From the NCBI GenBank assembly GCA_038087875.1, contig CM075989.1, forward strand, positions 13,702,001 through 13,766,000: 64,000 nucleotides of DNA. The letters run 5' to 3'. Positions 9,974 to 23,815 of this stretch are shown here, one piece after another. This stretch comes from Malacoraja senta. Its lineage: Eukaryota. Below the pieces are notes generated by a model, which saw only the letters and a program-made list of their open reading frames with translations, was not told the DNA's origin and searched no databases. Position 1 is the stretch's first letter. Each line of letters opens with the position of its first letter. Both the position numbers and the translations under genes were made by a program.

Positions 9974-12900
9974 CAGTCAAACCACCATCGTTACTTACTG
10001 AAACACGGCTGTGAATCAATCAACTGTGTGAAATGCCATTGGAATTAAGTGGATCGCAACAGTCTAATTTTACAAAAATCCCATTTCGGCATTATTGCTA
10101 TTAGTAGGTTGGTTAGTTTGGGGAAAAGTTAATGGTTTGCGTGTGGCACCTGTGGGTGATTCTACCTGGTACTGTGTAGTAAAACTTGCGGTTGGTTACT
10201 CAGTTAAACCAGTTCATGTACATGGTCAAATTGTGGTATTCAATTGTGTAAAAAATTGAATCCTTTTATTGAGCAAGATTACAGGATGGATGACCCCTCC
10301 CCCCCCCCTCCCCTCTCCTGTCAGCAGCAAACATTGATCACAAACAGTCCTCCTATCTCTCCTGCAGCTAATATTTGCTGATGTCTGGAATGAGACAAAT
10401 GCTGCTGCAGGTTGTTAGGTTACAGACCTTGACCCTTCCTCTCCTTGGCTGCTCAACGGTGTAGCTGAAACTGATTTAGAATATGGACAGTGTTAAACTC
10501 CAGATCACTGATTCATTCTGCATTGATTCAGCGCCCTCACCAGGGATCCAAACGGAGACTCTCAGTCCCTGTTAATTTGCAACCTGAGATCAGATTATAT
10601 AATGAGAGAAAATAAGGCAGAGAATTGAATGACATCAGGAACCTACAGATGGGTGTGTGGTGGAGCCTTATGTAAACCTCATTCCTGATGCTATGTGATT
10701 CTTTACCAAGGATAATGGCTGATACCCACCAATTAGTTTCCTTGATCAATGAAGAAGGGTCTCGACCCAAAAGGTCACCCATTCCTTCTCTCCAGAGATG
10801 CTGCCTGTCCCGCTGAGTTACTCCAGCATTTTGTGTCTACCCTCAATTAGTTTCCTTACATGTATGCAAGAGAAATGTAATGATTTTTAAAGATTGTTTC
10901 TTCCCGTTGTAGATGGTTGTCATCTTTGTTTAGATTGTATGTTAATTTTAGCACCATTGTGCAAGAGCTTGCGTTGGTGAATGTGCACATGGTTGGTGGC
11001 TGTGATGGCCAGGACTGGACCAGTGTGCAAATACACAGCAACTGGTTGAAACTAATGACCAGGATATCGCAATGAGATAAGCAACAAGAACAAAGACATT
11101 TCTTCACTTCCCGTCTGAATGTTGCAGTTTAACATAGAGTGAGTGTTCAATCAGTCTGTGAGGTTGAGTAATCTTTCACTGGGAGACCTGAGGCTCCTGT
11201 ACTTGAACAAGTCTTCCCCTCTTGGAGAAGATAGTTTTGTGATCATGTTCACTGGCTTTAACACCATTGCCCTTGACCTACATTGCGGTTGGCAACTAGT
11301 ACTGAGACTCTCCTGGTGGTAGGTGTTTGAGGGAAGATGTGGTGAACTGAACAATGTGTACTCTAAGTGTTTAAGAAGGCACTGCAGATGCTGGAAAATC
11401 GAAGGTACACAAAAATGCTGGAGAAACTCAGCGGGTGCAGCAGCATCTATGGAGCGAAGGAAATAGGCAACGTTTCTCTTTCTAAGTCTCTTTCAGATAT
11501 TTGTAAATTAATACCTTTTTAAAGTTAATTGACCTCATGTGTTCTTTAGTACTGAGATTCACCGGCTCCCCCACTGTGAGGTGGTACTGAACTTTATTTT
11601 GTACTATCCAGTTATTAAAAGTAGGATTTTGGTTACATAAACTGTTTTCACTTCCTATGACTGATCCCTAGTTAATTCTCATCTACAAGCTTTGTGGAGA
11701 TTAACTTGCAACAGCCAGCAATCTGACCAGAGCTGAATGCTTAGTATCGTACCAAACGGGACATTGATATTCAAATGGACACTGGAAGACTAGTTTACAC
11801 TGAATATGGTTTATATCATATTTTTGTATGCTTGTATCTTTCAAACATGAACAAAGTACAAATAAAATAAAGCATTCCTGAGAGTGCATTTAATGCATGA
11901 TGCTGGCTGATATATTTCTAGCCTTGCTATAGAACTTAGATTTATCAGTTGGATAACAGAACCACTTCAGAATAACGGGTTCAGTGTGAATCAGTAAATA
12001 TTGACCCTGGGAATACTGAATCAAATGCAGTCTGGGCTTGGAGCCTGAGAATAACAGGAAGGAGGTGTGTAATTCCTCAATTAAAGAAAATAATGATGGA
12101 AGATATTTATGGCCATGAAGAATTTTTAAATTGTGGTTACAGTGATAATTTTAAAAATCTATAGCCAAATTGCTTACAAAGTACATTCAGATAATCTGAT
12201 CCCTTTGGTTAAGGTAGAGAGGACACTGAGATTACACGTTGGGATGCTTCACATCAATCTAGATAGGAAGATGGCATTAGTTTATACCATGTTATTCAAA
12301 ACACAGAGCTTCTGACAATGCCGGCCCATCATCGCTATCCTATTAAATTATCGATCACATTAGCTTAGGCCTGTCTTGGTCTTTGAACTGGTTTAGATGT
12401 GGGGTTGCTAATAGGTGAGTGAATGTTAAGAGAAAATATTTAAGTCAAAGCTTTGTTTTTGATCGTAACATGGGCGAAGGCTCCTTTCAGACAGTGAAAT
12501 TCCTTTGATACAGAACTTTTAGTTGGTCAGTGATGGACCCTTTTTGTTTTGTGGCAAGCAACATGCTTATTACAAGTAATCCATCCACAATATTGAAAGG
12601 ATCCATCTGCCTATGTACCATGTTATGTATTTCAAGTAACTCCTATTTCAAGCATTCCCTCCCCTCCCCCACACTAGTCATCCAACCAGTTCCACTGTTC
12701 GGATCACTCCAGTCTTCTCCCCCCCCCCCCCCATCACCACTATCAGTCCGAAGAAGGGTTAAAACCCAAAACGTCTTTTGTCCAGAGATGCTGTCTGACC
12801 CGCTAAGTTACTCCAGCATTTTGTCTATCTTCGGTTTAAACCAGCATCTGCAGTTCCTTCCTACACGTATATTCATGTGCCTATCTAAGTGGCTTTTAAA

Positions 12901-14992
12901 CATTGTACATCTCCCTCTACCAGAAGCTCATTCCAAATATCCACCACCCTCTGTATGAAAAATATCCAAGTATATCAAAAAGGTAGTGGTCCTGCACTTT
13001 ACCCCTGGGCACCACCTTTGTTTACCATCCTCCAGTCTGACCAAGATAAAATGGAAAGAATTATAAATGCTTCATGTGAAGATAATTATATTCTGAGTGG
13101 CTTGAAGCCACACATGCCCACACATCCTGAATGTTGAAAACCAGAAGCTCAGTCATGCTGATTGTGTGACTAAGTGAGACTGGCAGTTGGTTATTTTTAT
13201 TTTGGTTAAGGAAATTATTATTCAAGTTAACTTTTCTTGACAATCTATTGATGTGCATTGTCAGCTGTACAATCTGCAGCCATACACCTTTTTCCCCTGA
13301 AGTGAGAAATCTGTCATTATGCCAGAAACCTGGATTGCACAAAGAGTGAACAAAAGTTGTCAAAAGCCAAAATTAGACCTTTCACATATTTAAGACTATT
13401 TCTGTTGTTTATCTGTAAGACATTTCCTGATCTCTCTGCCACTGTTGTATGTCTCTCGTTGCCTCATCGTAGCACTAATTATATGTTACGACTCAGCAGC
13501 ATCTCAGCAATTATTGAGGCAGTGATGTCACACGCACAGTGTGGCTGCTCCCATTGTGACAACCTGACAATATCACTGCTGCTTGAGTCATCCTTCATGC
13601 TGTGGATGTATTCCAATAAACATCCCTGCAAGAGAATTTGATTTTCTGGAGTTCAATAGAAGTAAAAGCAGTCAGTTAGCAGGCATCGAGGGCCCATTAC
13701 GCCTTTCTGCAGCATAGCAAACAGTTACTTAAAGGATTATATTTCTTGAGTTACTATAGATTAAATTGAATGCAAGTTCCAATATAGAATTATAGTCCCA
13801 GTCCTCTAAATCTCTGTCCTCTAGCTTTATCTACCTGTGATTGGAAATCTCCTGCAGTCAACCGTATGTTTATTATCAGGAACACTAACTTCTCTTATGT
13901 AATAGTGATATGTTTTAACCACCAGACCATCCATCCCACCAGTCCACACTGAAAAAGGGGATCGTGGAGCAGATTAGATCATTCATCAGCCTACGAATCC
14001 TTTCACAACTGCATGCTTAAGAAGTGTCCAGGCACAAAGCAAAGCCAACACGAACACCAATTTCTTGGCTTATCCCTACTGTCCTTCTTAAATAAGCATT
14101 AGCTACCCACCTGCCCTGTACCACACATGTGCGTCAGGTGTTACACAAATCAGAGCCCCAGCACTCTCCTTTGCTTCCCATAACAAGGGATTTGTCCACA
14201 TTAATGTGCTTCAATATGTCTAACACTTCCTCTACAACTTTTGAGATCTAGGTCTTTAAACAGCTACTCATATTCCCAAACTCCTGTTGCAGAACCTCTC
14301 CCCTTCTCTTACCCCTGTCAATTGAATCTGCTTGAACCGACTTCTCTCAGGTGATGATTCCTGCAAATTCATCCTATATAATCATTAAGCTTATTCTCAA
14401 TTATCCAACACATCATTAGGGCGACAGAGAAATGTTGCACGTATTTAATGCATTATCACATTTAAATGCCACAGTACATTATGTCAAGTCTATTGATTGG
14501 CCAGGAAGCAATAACATAGCAATTCCATATCAATCAAGGTTTCAAGGTCAGTTTATTGTCACATGTACCAATTAAGGTACAGTTCCACAAATAACGATGA
14601 GATCATCAACTCATTCATCTGCACTTTGTTGATGAGGGTTCAATATTGCCAAGAGATTTTCCTGATGTTTTTAAACCGCAAAGCAGTCTTTAACCTTTTC
14701 CAGCACCACTCTGTCCGGGAGCACAAACTCAAGACTGACATCTCACCCATTACTGACCTCACCGCAGCCAGCTTTCCAAAATGATCCCATTCAGCTGGAA
14801 TTAAGTTACGCTGGATGAATGTTCACATCTTCAGTAATGGTAGATTAGCAATGTAGCAATTAGTCTACTCAGCAGCAACTTTCAATCCCTGAGATTTTAC
14901 GTATGAACAGAAAAATCTGGCTGGACAGTGTACTCTCGACTTGATGGTCAGTGTGACTGCTATCCAAGGTCCTTTGAATGCACAAACATGTA

Positions 14993-15088
14993 TCAGTTTG
15001 GGACAGCTGCAATTTTGAGTCTTTTGTGCACCTCCTCTGGGCTCAGCAAGGTTTGAATCTTCACCACCTTCTCACGTGATCTGGAACC
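14993..15088 (-). CDS. C15orf40: C15orf40 last exon
   Basis: GSRSREKVVKIQTLLSPEEVHKRLKIAAVPN*; acceptor ttacag|. Confidence 0.9.
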   Translation of the reverse strand, partial: GSRSREKVVKIQTLLSPEEVHKRLKIAAVPN

Positions 15089-16166
15089 CTGTAAAGAGAT
15101 TAGCAGCAGAAAATCAAGAAACCAATGTCCCCATGGAACATTAAATACAAGCTGCTCACGCAAATAGTACAATGGAAGTAAAAAGACACAACTAGAAAAA
15201 AAAAATCTAATTGAATTGCATGATCCAATCAAGTAGATAGTGTGCTAGCAAAATGACCCTCTGAAAGCCATTTCTCCACATTCAACTCATTCACATTGTT
15301 ATAATTTGCATTAGCACATGCCTCTCATACACTAACCAGAGACTTGTTTGTTCATCATCCTTCTCATGTTTTGGGATCACCATCCTTATTCCTATTTTTG
15401 TCACAATAATGGAGAGTCCTATTTCTTGACTATAGCTCTGCCTTCAACATCATAATTCCAACTAAACTCAAGGGTAGTGGATATCTGGAATTCTTTTGCT
15501 CGAGGAGGTGGCAAAGTCACTGTGGTCAAAAGACATTTAGACAGGTATGTGAATAGGCATGGCATATACAGATAAGGACGCGGTGTTGGCAAATTGGATG
15601 AATGTAGATGGTGAGACAAAAATCTTTCAAAGACTCGTAACATCAGTATGATATGAATGGCCGCCACCTGTGATATGCAATTCTTTAATGTCAGCTTGTG
15701 GAGCTCAAGAATTGTGGTGTGAAGAGGAATAAAATCTGTCCTGTTACTGACATTGCCAGTCTTCTCTTTCAAGATGGTAAAGAACCTGTTGTACATCTCC
15801 AGCAATTTGTCCTTTTACTGGCAATGAAGATCAGGGAACCCAGCCATCCATTCCAAGTGGGTTCATAATACATGGAAACAACGGGTAGAGAAAGTAAAGT
15901 GGGTATGTGTTGGAGAAACAACACTTACACTTTAAAGAATGAAAAGTTAATCCCCCACATTATATTGGGGTGATTTACAATGCAGAGCAGAACTGTGGAT
16001 CACAATATGTAATGATAGGATCCCCTGTCCATCATTCACCATAGAGACCTGTTCTCAGAGTGGAGGTAAGTGGAGCTGGTGCTTCTTCTGATGTGGAAGG
16101 GGACAAACACAATTACAGAAAGCTCTCACCAAGCCTGCATGTATAATGTCTAAACCAACAACTGAC

Positions 16167-16294
16167 CTTGTACAAAACCAGCTCACTTTTCTTTAACTGC
16201 AGCACCTTGGCAAGGTAGGCAATCAGCTCTGTGTTGGCCTCTCCATCGGAAGGAGGTGCTGCAATGGCCACACCCACTGCTTCTTCGGACATAT
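16167..16294 (-). CDS. C15orf40: C15orf40 exon 3
   Basis: (D)[42 protein letters not shown]; acceptor gcag|, donor |gtcagt. Confidence 0.93.
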
Positions 16295-16806
16295 CTGCAG
16301 AATACAAGGCATATTCACTGATAATCACGGTCTGTGTGTCAGCAAACTAGTCTGGGGAACAGTGCACCATTTGCAGATGGGAAGGTCACGAACCACATCA
16401 AGATAATGTGAAAAAAATCCAAATATCAAAAGGACTCAAGATTGAGTTTAAATATAAAGAACAGAGAACCTACAGATTACAATTTAAAATGAACAAGTCA
16501 TTTATGTGACTGTTAAATGATCAAAATGTTGGAAAATCAGCTAATGGAGGAAACTACACAAGAGCATTCCCTCCAGTACATGCAGCCAGAGATGCACTAG
16601 GTGGCCAAAAATTTAAAATAAGATTTAAAAAAGATATAGCTATGGGTCTCATGTCACCAGGCTTCTGTCATTGGCATCTTCCCGTGTATGACACACAGCT
16701 CTCCCTCATCGCCTACCCTCCTCCCCTCGTCACTTTCCTGACTATTTTGCCTTTGTGAGAGGGAGGTGTAATGTGAATATTAGAAGTCACTTTTTTAACC
16801 ACTCAC

Positions 16807-16930
16807 CTGTTATAGCATTTGCTTTGGCTCCAGGTTTAGCATGAATGAGCACCAGAACAGAACCGCTCTTATCAACCTTCACGGGACCTCGAGGAGCTGA
16901 TAATATGGAGTCCTTTGCTTTCTCTTCTTT
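16807..16930 (-). CDS. C15orf40: C15orf40 exon 2
   Basis: KEEKAKDSILSAPRGPVKVDKSGSVLVLIHAKPGAKANAIT; acceptor ttag|, donor |gtgagt. Confidence 0.92.
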
Positions 16931-17559
16931 CTAAGTAAAATAATATTTATCATCATTCCACTTTTCAAAGGATGGAATAATTCTGACACAATCCTTTGAA
17001 TCTGGAGACTCATATTAATGCCACCCTGCAGAACATAGAGGTTCCTGTTGAGACTGCATTTTGAAATAGTGACAACTGTAAGGTGTAATTCACAGTAAAG
17101 TACAACCAGGTTACCTCCTTATGCCAGTCTTTGCCAAAGGAACACTAGCTAAACTACAACATTATGTCCTCAACATCCAGATAATGCAGGAAAAGTAAGT
17201 TTATTTCATATTTTGCTCCCACCTCACACCACAGGTTTCCTGGTTCCAATCCATAGCTGTCCAGTTTGTATATTATGCAATAACACCAGGTGTAATTACT
17301 CTTATGACTGCAAAAAAATCATTCCACAAGGATGGCTCGGTGATGAAGCAGTTAGTGCTGTTGGCTCACTGCTCGGTGACCTAGCTTCAATGTTCACCTT
17401 AGGTCTTGTCTTTATGGAATTTGCACTCGCCCTGTGAAATGTTGGTTTCCCACATGTGTCCTAGTACCCTCCCATCCCAAAGATGTGCTGGTAAGTTACA
17501 TTAATCCATCACGTAAACCAACCTCCTTCCCCCCCATAAACTTTATGCTGTTTTGCGAA

Positions 17560-17882
17560 AGCAACCACCATATTGAGGCCTCTTTACCCTTCTCCCAGCA
17601 GGTGCATGATACAATAGGTTGAAAGCACATTCCACCAGATTCAAGAACAGCTTCTCCGCTGTTATCAGACTCTTGAACGAACCTCTTATACACTATGGAT
17701 GAATTCCCGATCTTCCCATCTACCTTGATGTGACCCTACACATTTTTAAATCTGCACTTTCTCTATAACTGTAAACCACACTTTTTAACTCTTGCATTAC
17801 CTGACATACTAATGTATGGTATGATTTGCTTGGATAGAAAGCTAAATAAAGTTTTTTTACTGTAGCTCAGTACATGTGACAA
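17560..17882 (+). mobile_element. Rex1/Babar-like LINE 3' end
   Basis: Decayed LLP.G..Y..LKA..TRFKNSF..VIRLLN terminus followed by the 3' UTR. Confidence 0.6.
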
Positions 17883-18949
17883 GTGAGTTGATAGGCATAA
17901 ATTGCAGGATTATTGGGAAAGGAGGCGGAATGAGATTGATAAAATTTGCCTAGTTTGCTTCTGAGTTGTAATAAGGACATGATACAATTTAAAATTAATG
18001 TGATTGCTTTGTGGAATAAGTCAAATTCTGTTTTACACTGTCAATCTTATAAAAATGAACAATTGGACATTATTTGAGACACAAGAGATTGCAGATGCTG
18101 GAATCGAGTAAAAGACAAGTGCTGGAAGAAATCAGCAGATCAGGCAGCATCTGTTGAAGGAATGGACAGACAACATTTTGGGGCAGGATCCTTCTTCAAA
18201 CTGCTGACACAGGGAGTTGAACGCTAGAAAAGCTAGGTGGGCTGGGGCAAAGCCTAGCACGTTATAGGTGGATACAGGTGAGGGGAAGTGCTGAGCAGAA
18301 TTGAAACATTGTCCATTTTCTCCACTGACCAGCTGAGTTCCTCCAACACTTTTGTTTTGCATTGGAAATCGTGAATTGAAGGCTAAGGATAAAGGGAGTG
18401 GAAATTTACAAAGCCATCTTTAACACAGCAAGCATCCAAAAACATTGCTCTGGAGTGTTATAATCTGGAGGTAAGGCTAAATAAGACATTAGGATATGCA
18501 ACCAAGCATTTGATTATGTTTTAAGAAATCTCTTAAAGGGGTGAGGTGAGTGAATCCTCCAAGAATCTCCTTGGCTTCTTCCCATTTCTCACCCACTGAA
18601 GACATTATCTGCTTCCACGTGTCCACCACCGTGTCTGCCCTGTTAAGAGTGTTTGTCAACATCCTACTGATCATTGGAAATCCACAGAAATTGCCTTCTG
18701 TCCCACCAAACGCTGTGCCCCTGAACTGAAGCAGGAATCATACGCCGACGCTCCAATACCCGGAGAGGACTGGCTGGAACCGTCCCGCACCCCAAACATT
18801 CACACCACAACACCCGACAAAAGGGTCCAGATCCGAATTATCTATCTATCTATGTTCTCCAGAGATGCTGCCTGACCTGCTGAGTCACTCCAGCACTTTG
18901 TGTCTTATTTTGTAAACCAGCATCTGCAGTTCCTTGTGTCTACAACCGA

Positions 18950-19210
18950 CAAATCTCGTCTCGTCCTGTATCCCCAGCACCAACCAACCATTCGCCTGCC
19001 TCTAGGCCGCGGCATGGCCCTCACGCCGTCGGCGGGGCGCGGAGAGCAGCGACCGCAGCAGCGCGACTGATGGGCCCGCGGCACCGCCCAGGCCTCGGCA
19101 ACCAACCGCCAGCCGCCGGCCGCCACCGCGCACGCGCGCCCCGGGCCCAGACATCGCCGTCACTCACCAGGAAGCGGGCGGGCGGAACAGCAGGTGGAAG
19201 GCGCGTGTGT
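18950..19210 (-). promoter_or_regulatory. C15orf40: CpG island / promoter of C15orf40
   Basis: Very GC- and CpG-rich; GGAAG and GGGCGG motifs near 19170-19185. Confidence 0.7.
18989..19015 (-). CDS. C15orf40: C15orf40 coding exon 1 (MPRPRGRRM)
   Basis: gccATG within the CpG island; donor ATG|gttggt, phase 0, matches exon 2; equivalent to the human MPKK segment. Confidence 0.6.
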
Positions 19211-19289
19211 AGAAAGGAACTTGCAATGCTGCTTTATACTGAAGATAGACACAACAAGCTGCATCCACCGAAGATAGACACAAAAACCT

Positions 19290-19640
19290 GCATCCATAAC
19301 TGCAATGTCTTGCAATCTAGTTAGAGCAGTTGCAAACCAAGTTATGATGCATTCAGATAGGATGTTTTCTACAGTGCATCTGTAGAAGTTGGTAAGAGCC
19401 ATTGGAGACATACCACAACATCCTTAGAATGCTGAAGGTATAGAGGTTCATGTGGTTTCTTGGCTGCGGTGTCAATGTGGTTGAACAAGGAAAAGGTATT
19501 GATGATATTTACATCTAGGAACTAAAAATATCTCCACTTTGACACCAGTGATGCATGTATACCACCCCCTTTCCTGAAGTCGATGACTAGCTCTCTCGTC
19601 TTGTTAACATTGAAGGAAAGGTTGTTTGGATATAACCAGC
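19290..19640 (-). mobile_element. Rex1/Babar-like RT fragment
   Basis: ALTNFYRCTVENILSECIITWF. Confidence 0.7.
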
Positions 19641-20344
19641 CAGTGTTGTATCATTAGTAAGCTTACATAGATAACACTTGATTCCCTTATCCAAATCAAT
19701 GATGGAGGTATGAACAACCAGCACTGATTTCTGTGGTACCCCACTGCTTACATCATTCCAATCCAAAAATCCCTATGCTGTTTTCTATCCACTAACTAAG
19801 CCACCATCCACAACAATATTACCCCCAATGCCATATTATTCATTGCTGTTTAATAATCTTGTGCAGACTTTCTGAAAGTCAATATACATTACAACTGATG
19901 CATCGTAATCAATTATGCAAGTTACAATTTCAAATAAAATTCAACAAAAGTGTCAAACAGGGGTTCCCTTTCATTATTCCCCATTTTCTCTGTTCAATCC
20001 GATTGTTATTTTTTAAGTGCCCTGTTGCTACTTTCTTAACAGATTCCAGCATTTTCCATATTATTGATGTCAGGCTAACTGGTTAGTAGTTATGTTTATT
20101 CTCTCCTTTCTTAAATGTCTGGTTTTCTTAGTTACCTGGGACTTGTTCCAAAATCTACACAACCTGTCTATCCACTATGCCCATAGCCACCTCCCGCATA
20201 AGTGGGGGGGGGGGGGGGGGGGGGGGGGGTGGCAGGAATTTATCAACAAACATTCCAGTACTCCCATATTACTTTTTTTATAACCTTCTGAACCATCTGA
20301 ATTTGGTATTCGGCAGGGCAGTACTCTGCATATCGCCAACTTGG

Positions 20345-20552
20345 ACAATTTAACATTTTTATCAAGCCAATTAACCTACAAACCTGTAGGTCTTTGGAAT
20401 GTAGGAGGAAACCAATGATCTCGGAGAAAACCCACGCAGATCACGGGGAGAACGTACAAACTCCATACAGACAGCATCCGTAGTCGGGATCGAACCCGGG
20501 TCTCTGGCGCTGCAAGGCAGCAACTCTACCGCTGTGCCACCGTGATTGCCCG
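20345..20552 (-). mobile_element. tRNA-derived V-SINE (HE1-like)
   Basis: Reverse strand: A/B-box head (gggttcgatcc) plus V domain (ggagtttgtacgttctccccgtg). Confidence 0.85.
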
Positions 20553-23500
20553 GTGATCTTATAACTAATACATACTCAATTAAGTTCCTTATTCACATAT
20601 CTGTAGTTTAAAAAAAATATTTCCTGGCAATTGCATTCCTAACTATTATCCAGTCAATTACTTTCAAACTAAATATCCTCTCTCCAATACCTTGGTTTGG
20701 TCTGATGAAATACCTGAAACATTAACTCTAAAGAAGGGTCCCAACCATAAACATAACCTATCCATTTTCACCAGCAATGTTGCCTGACCCACTGAGTTAC
20801 TCTAGCACTTTGTATCTATCTTTGGTATAAACCAGCATCTAAAGTTCCTTTTTTTACATTGAAACATTAAATCTGTTCGTCTCTCCGTAGACGCTACCTG
20901 ACTTACTGAGCACTTTCATCAGCTTAAAAAAGTCAAGAGTTGATCATAGATATACAGCTGAACTCCTCGGTACTTTTTGTTTTGTAAATTAAATTGCCTT
21001 CAACTCCAGTGGTGCCAAGACTTCATGATACACACCTTGCATGGAATGGTTCACCTATCTGATTCTCATTTCATTGTTCTCTTTCTGGCATTCCAATTGA
21101 CGTGATGGGACTGGTAGAGTTGATCATCCTATCAAGCAACCTAATCAATCAAAACGACACCCATTCCTTCTCTCCAGAGATGCTGCCTGTCCTGCTGAGT
21201 TACTCCAGCATTTTGTGTCTATCTTTGGTTTCAGCCAGCATCTGCAGTTCCTTCATACACACTATGAATCAACCTGTTCCGCATATTCTGAATAATCAGG
21301 ATCACAGACTAAAGAAGCGAGATTACAAATAAAAACAGAAAACAATGGGTATGTTATCCAGCATGGACATGGGAGGCAAAGAGCCTGTTTCTCTGATAAG
21401 ATAGAACTTTATTTATCACAGGAGGAAAATTGATGTATGACTGTGACTCTAAGCAAGTCCATACTCTCCAGCCCCCCCCCCCCCCCGATAACTGGTGAGA
21501 CAAGAGTTAATATTTCAGATCTTTCCACGGATGCTGCCTGACCTCCCAAGTGTTTCCAGCATTTTATCTTTATTTTGGATTTTTATCATCTGCAATTATT
21601 TGACTTTCAATGAGATTATAAATTGCATTTCATTCACCCTGCAGAAAAGTAAATACAACTGTTTTGGAGTTTGTCTTCTCTTCCTCCAGCTGACTCATCA
21701 TACCCACCTTGAGATGAGCTGGGGTTTGTCCAGAACCATCTCCCACCCCTTCATTGTCTGAACCAGGCTGTGCACTCAGAACTCTAGCTGTCTCTTGCAT
21801 CAACAAAGGATCTTCCCTGGACTTGAAAGCTTGTGGAATTAATTCCTTTCGCCTGGGATTTGTTAGAACTTGCCCAGTAAATTGATTTATCCTGCAGTGA
21901 TGAACCACGAGTGACAAAGACACACGACAAATTTCAAGTAATTACTGGCACAGTATAACCTGTCCAATATTGTAGTCAATAACCAAATATTGTGCCCAAC
22001 AACCTGGACTTCAACATGAAATAAAAAAGTGCCCAAATCACCCTGCCAGATCACAAGCCAGGGAAAACCTAACTATGATAGACACAAAAAGCTGGAGTAA
22101 CTCAGCGGGACAGGCAGCATATCTGGAGAGAAGGAATGGGTGACGTTTTGGGTCGAGACCCTTCTTCAGACCCAACTATGCTTTGGCTTAAAAAACATTT
22201 AGATTTGGGTCAGATCATACCCTGATGCCTTGGATGACTACCATATCCAGGTTAGGATGATTTTATTAGTATTGGAACATATCAATTGCACATTTGATAT
22301 GGCTGGTCCCTCCTGCAACTGTCGGTTAATTTTATACTATGTCTCTGGTATGCAGTTCAAGTCAAGCATATCTAACATTTTACCAAAAGAAAAATATATT
22401 TAAAAAAAGAGATTCCCCAGATTTAGAAAGAGATGTCTAACAGATCGCTCTGATCACTATTGAAAAATCATTGTTTCTAGGGTAGACCTGGGGAACTTCC
22501 AGCATTCTTAGTCATATTGTGGTAGAGAATTTTAGATTTTCATTAGCCTTCGTGTAAGGTCTTCCTGACATCACCCACGTCTAACTCCATCTACAAAGAT
22601 TTAACTCCAATTTTAAAATTGTGCCTACTTGACGTGAAATATTCTTTAGAGATTATACCATGTTAACTTATTTTATATTAAACAATGTTTAAAATCCCAC
22701 CAGCATTTTTTCCCTTGCATGAGTATTTTTGTATAAATAAATCTTTACAGAATCAATTTGTCAGAAAGTTGTAACATTTAGGTGAAAGAATGGAGCAGAT
22801 AAAGCATAAAAACAAAAATCTAGTCTTCAACAATAAACATAATATAAATGCAAGGATCCTCTATGATGATCCTTTAATTTCTCAGCTCTAATTTAATATA
22901 TACAAATAATATTTTAAGCAGCCTACATTAATTTTCACTGGTGGCTTCTTAATCCCCTTACCAGTCGCAGGAACACTGTAAATTAGCAACACGTCAAATC
23001 CCTGATCAATAATTTAAGGCACTTTCGTGGCAGGTTGCAATAAGTAAAGTTGTGGTGGAAGAGAGATTAACACTTAGGATTTGCTGAGTGATGCTCTTTC
23101 CCCGCTCTGCTGAAGCTTGCGATAGGTGGACCATGGTCAGTAGGCACTTCAGCACCTGGTAAGTGATTAACTCTCAACGGGAAGTAGCAAGAAGTAACTG
23201 GGATCAAAATAATTAGGTCAGTAGAAAATGCAATCTGAGCATAATTCTATGAGGAACAGAAACCCTATCAGACAACAAAGTGCAACTGTGGCAGAAAGTG
23301 CATCCATTTTGAAGTTCTTCATACACAATGTTGTGGTGCTGAATTTCCCGCTTACTTGTAAAGGGAACATAGGCAGTCCAGTCAACTGGTAATGCTTTCT
23401 GGTTTATTCGTGGGATATCCCACTCAGCATTCTCTGCCAAACTTCATGGGAACTTGCTAGCCCCACAGCAAATTGAAAATCTTAGGAGGAGTTCACATTA

Positions 23501-23653
23501 AGTTACCTCAGGCTATAATTTCACTGCTGTTTCCCTGTGATGAGCATCATCTCTAAGGGAGGAAATCAACAAATAGCAATGAAACAGAAAACACTAATCC
23601 CAGCGTAAAACAGATGGACTCTGTGAGATTGAATTCCTGTGCTCCAAGCCATG

Positions 23654-23815
23654 CTACGTGAAGAAGATGATTTCGGGGATCTGCCCATCTTCCACTGACG
23701 TTCCATTATTGTTCCCCAGCACATTGAAAAAGACAAAGGAGGTGTTGATCCCAGTCACGGGTGACTCATGTTGGACCTTCCGCAATCCCTTGGTGCCATA
23801 ATGAGAATCAGGCCC
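23654..23815 (-). CDS. BTBD1: BTBD1 exon 8 (last)
   Basis: [17 protein letters not shown]...[20 protein letters not shown]. Confidence 0.95.
   Translation of the reverse strand, partial: GPDSHYGTKGLRKVQHESPVTGINTSFVFFNVLGNNNGTSVEDGQIPEIIFFT

Larger units (their letters stand above)
14993..19015 (-). other. C15orf40: C15orf40 (UPF0235/YggU-like) gene span, 4 coding exons, 124 aa
   Basis: IHAKPGAKANAITD / [19 protein letters not shown] / GSRSREKVVKI motifs; consistent phases. Confidence 0.92.

Noticed and set aside
20203-20229. Long poly-G run
   Set aside because: Simple homopolymer of unreliable length with no contextual support
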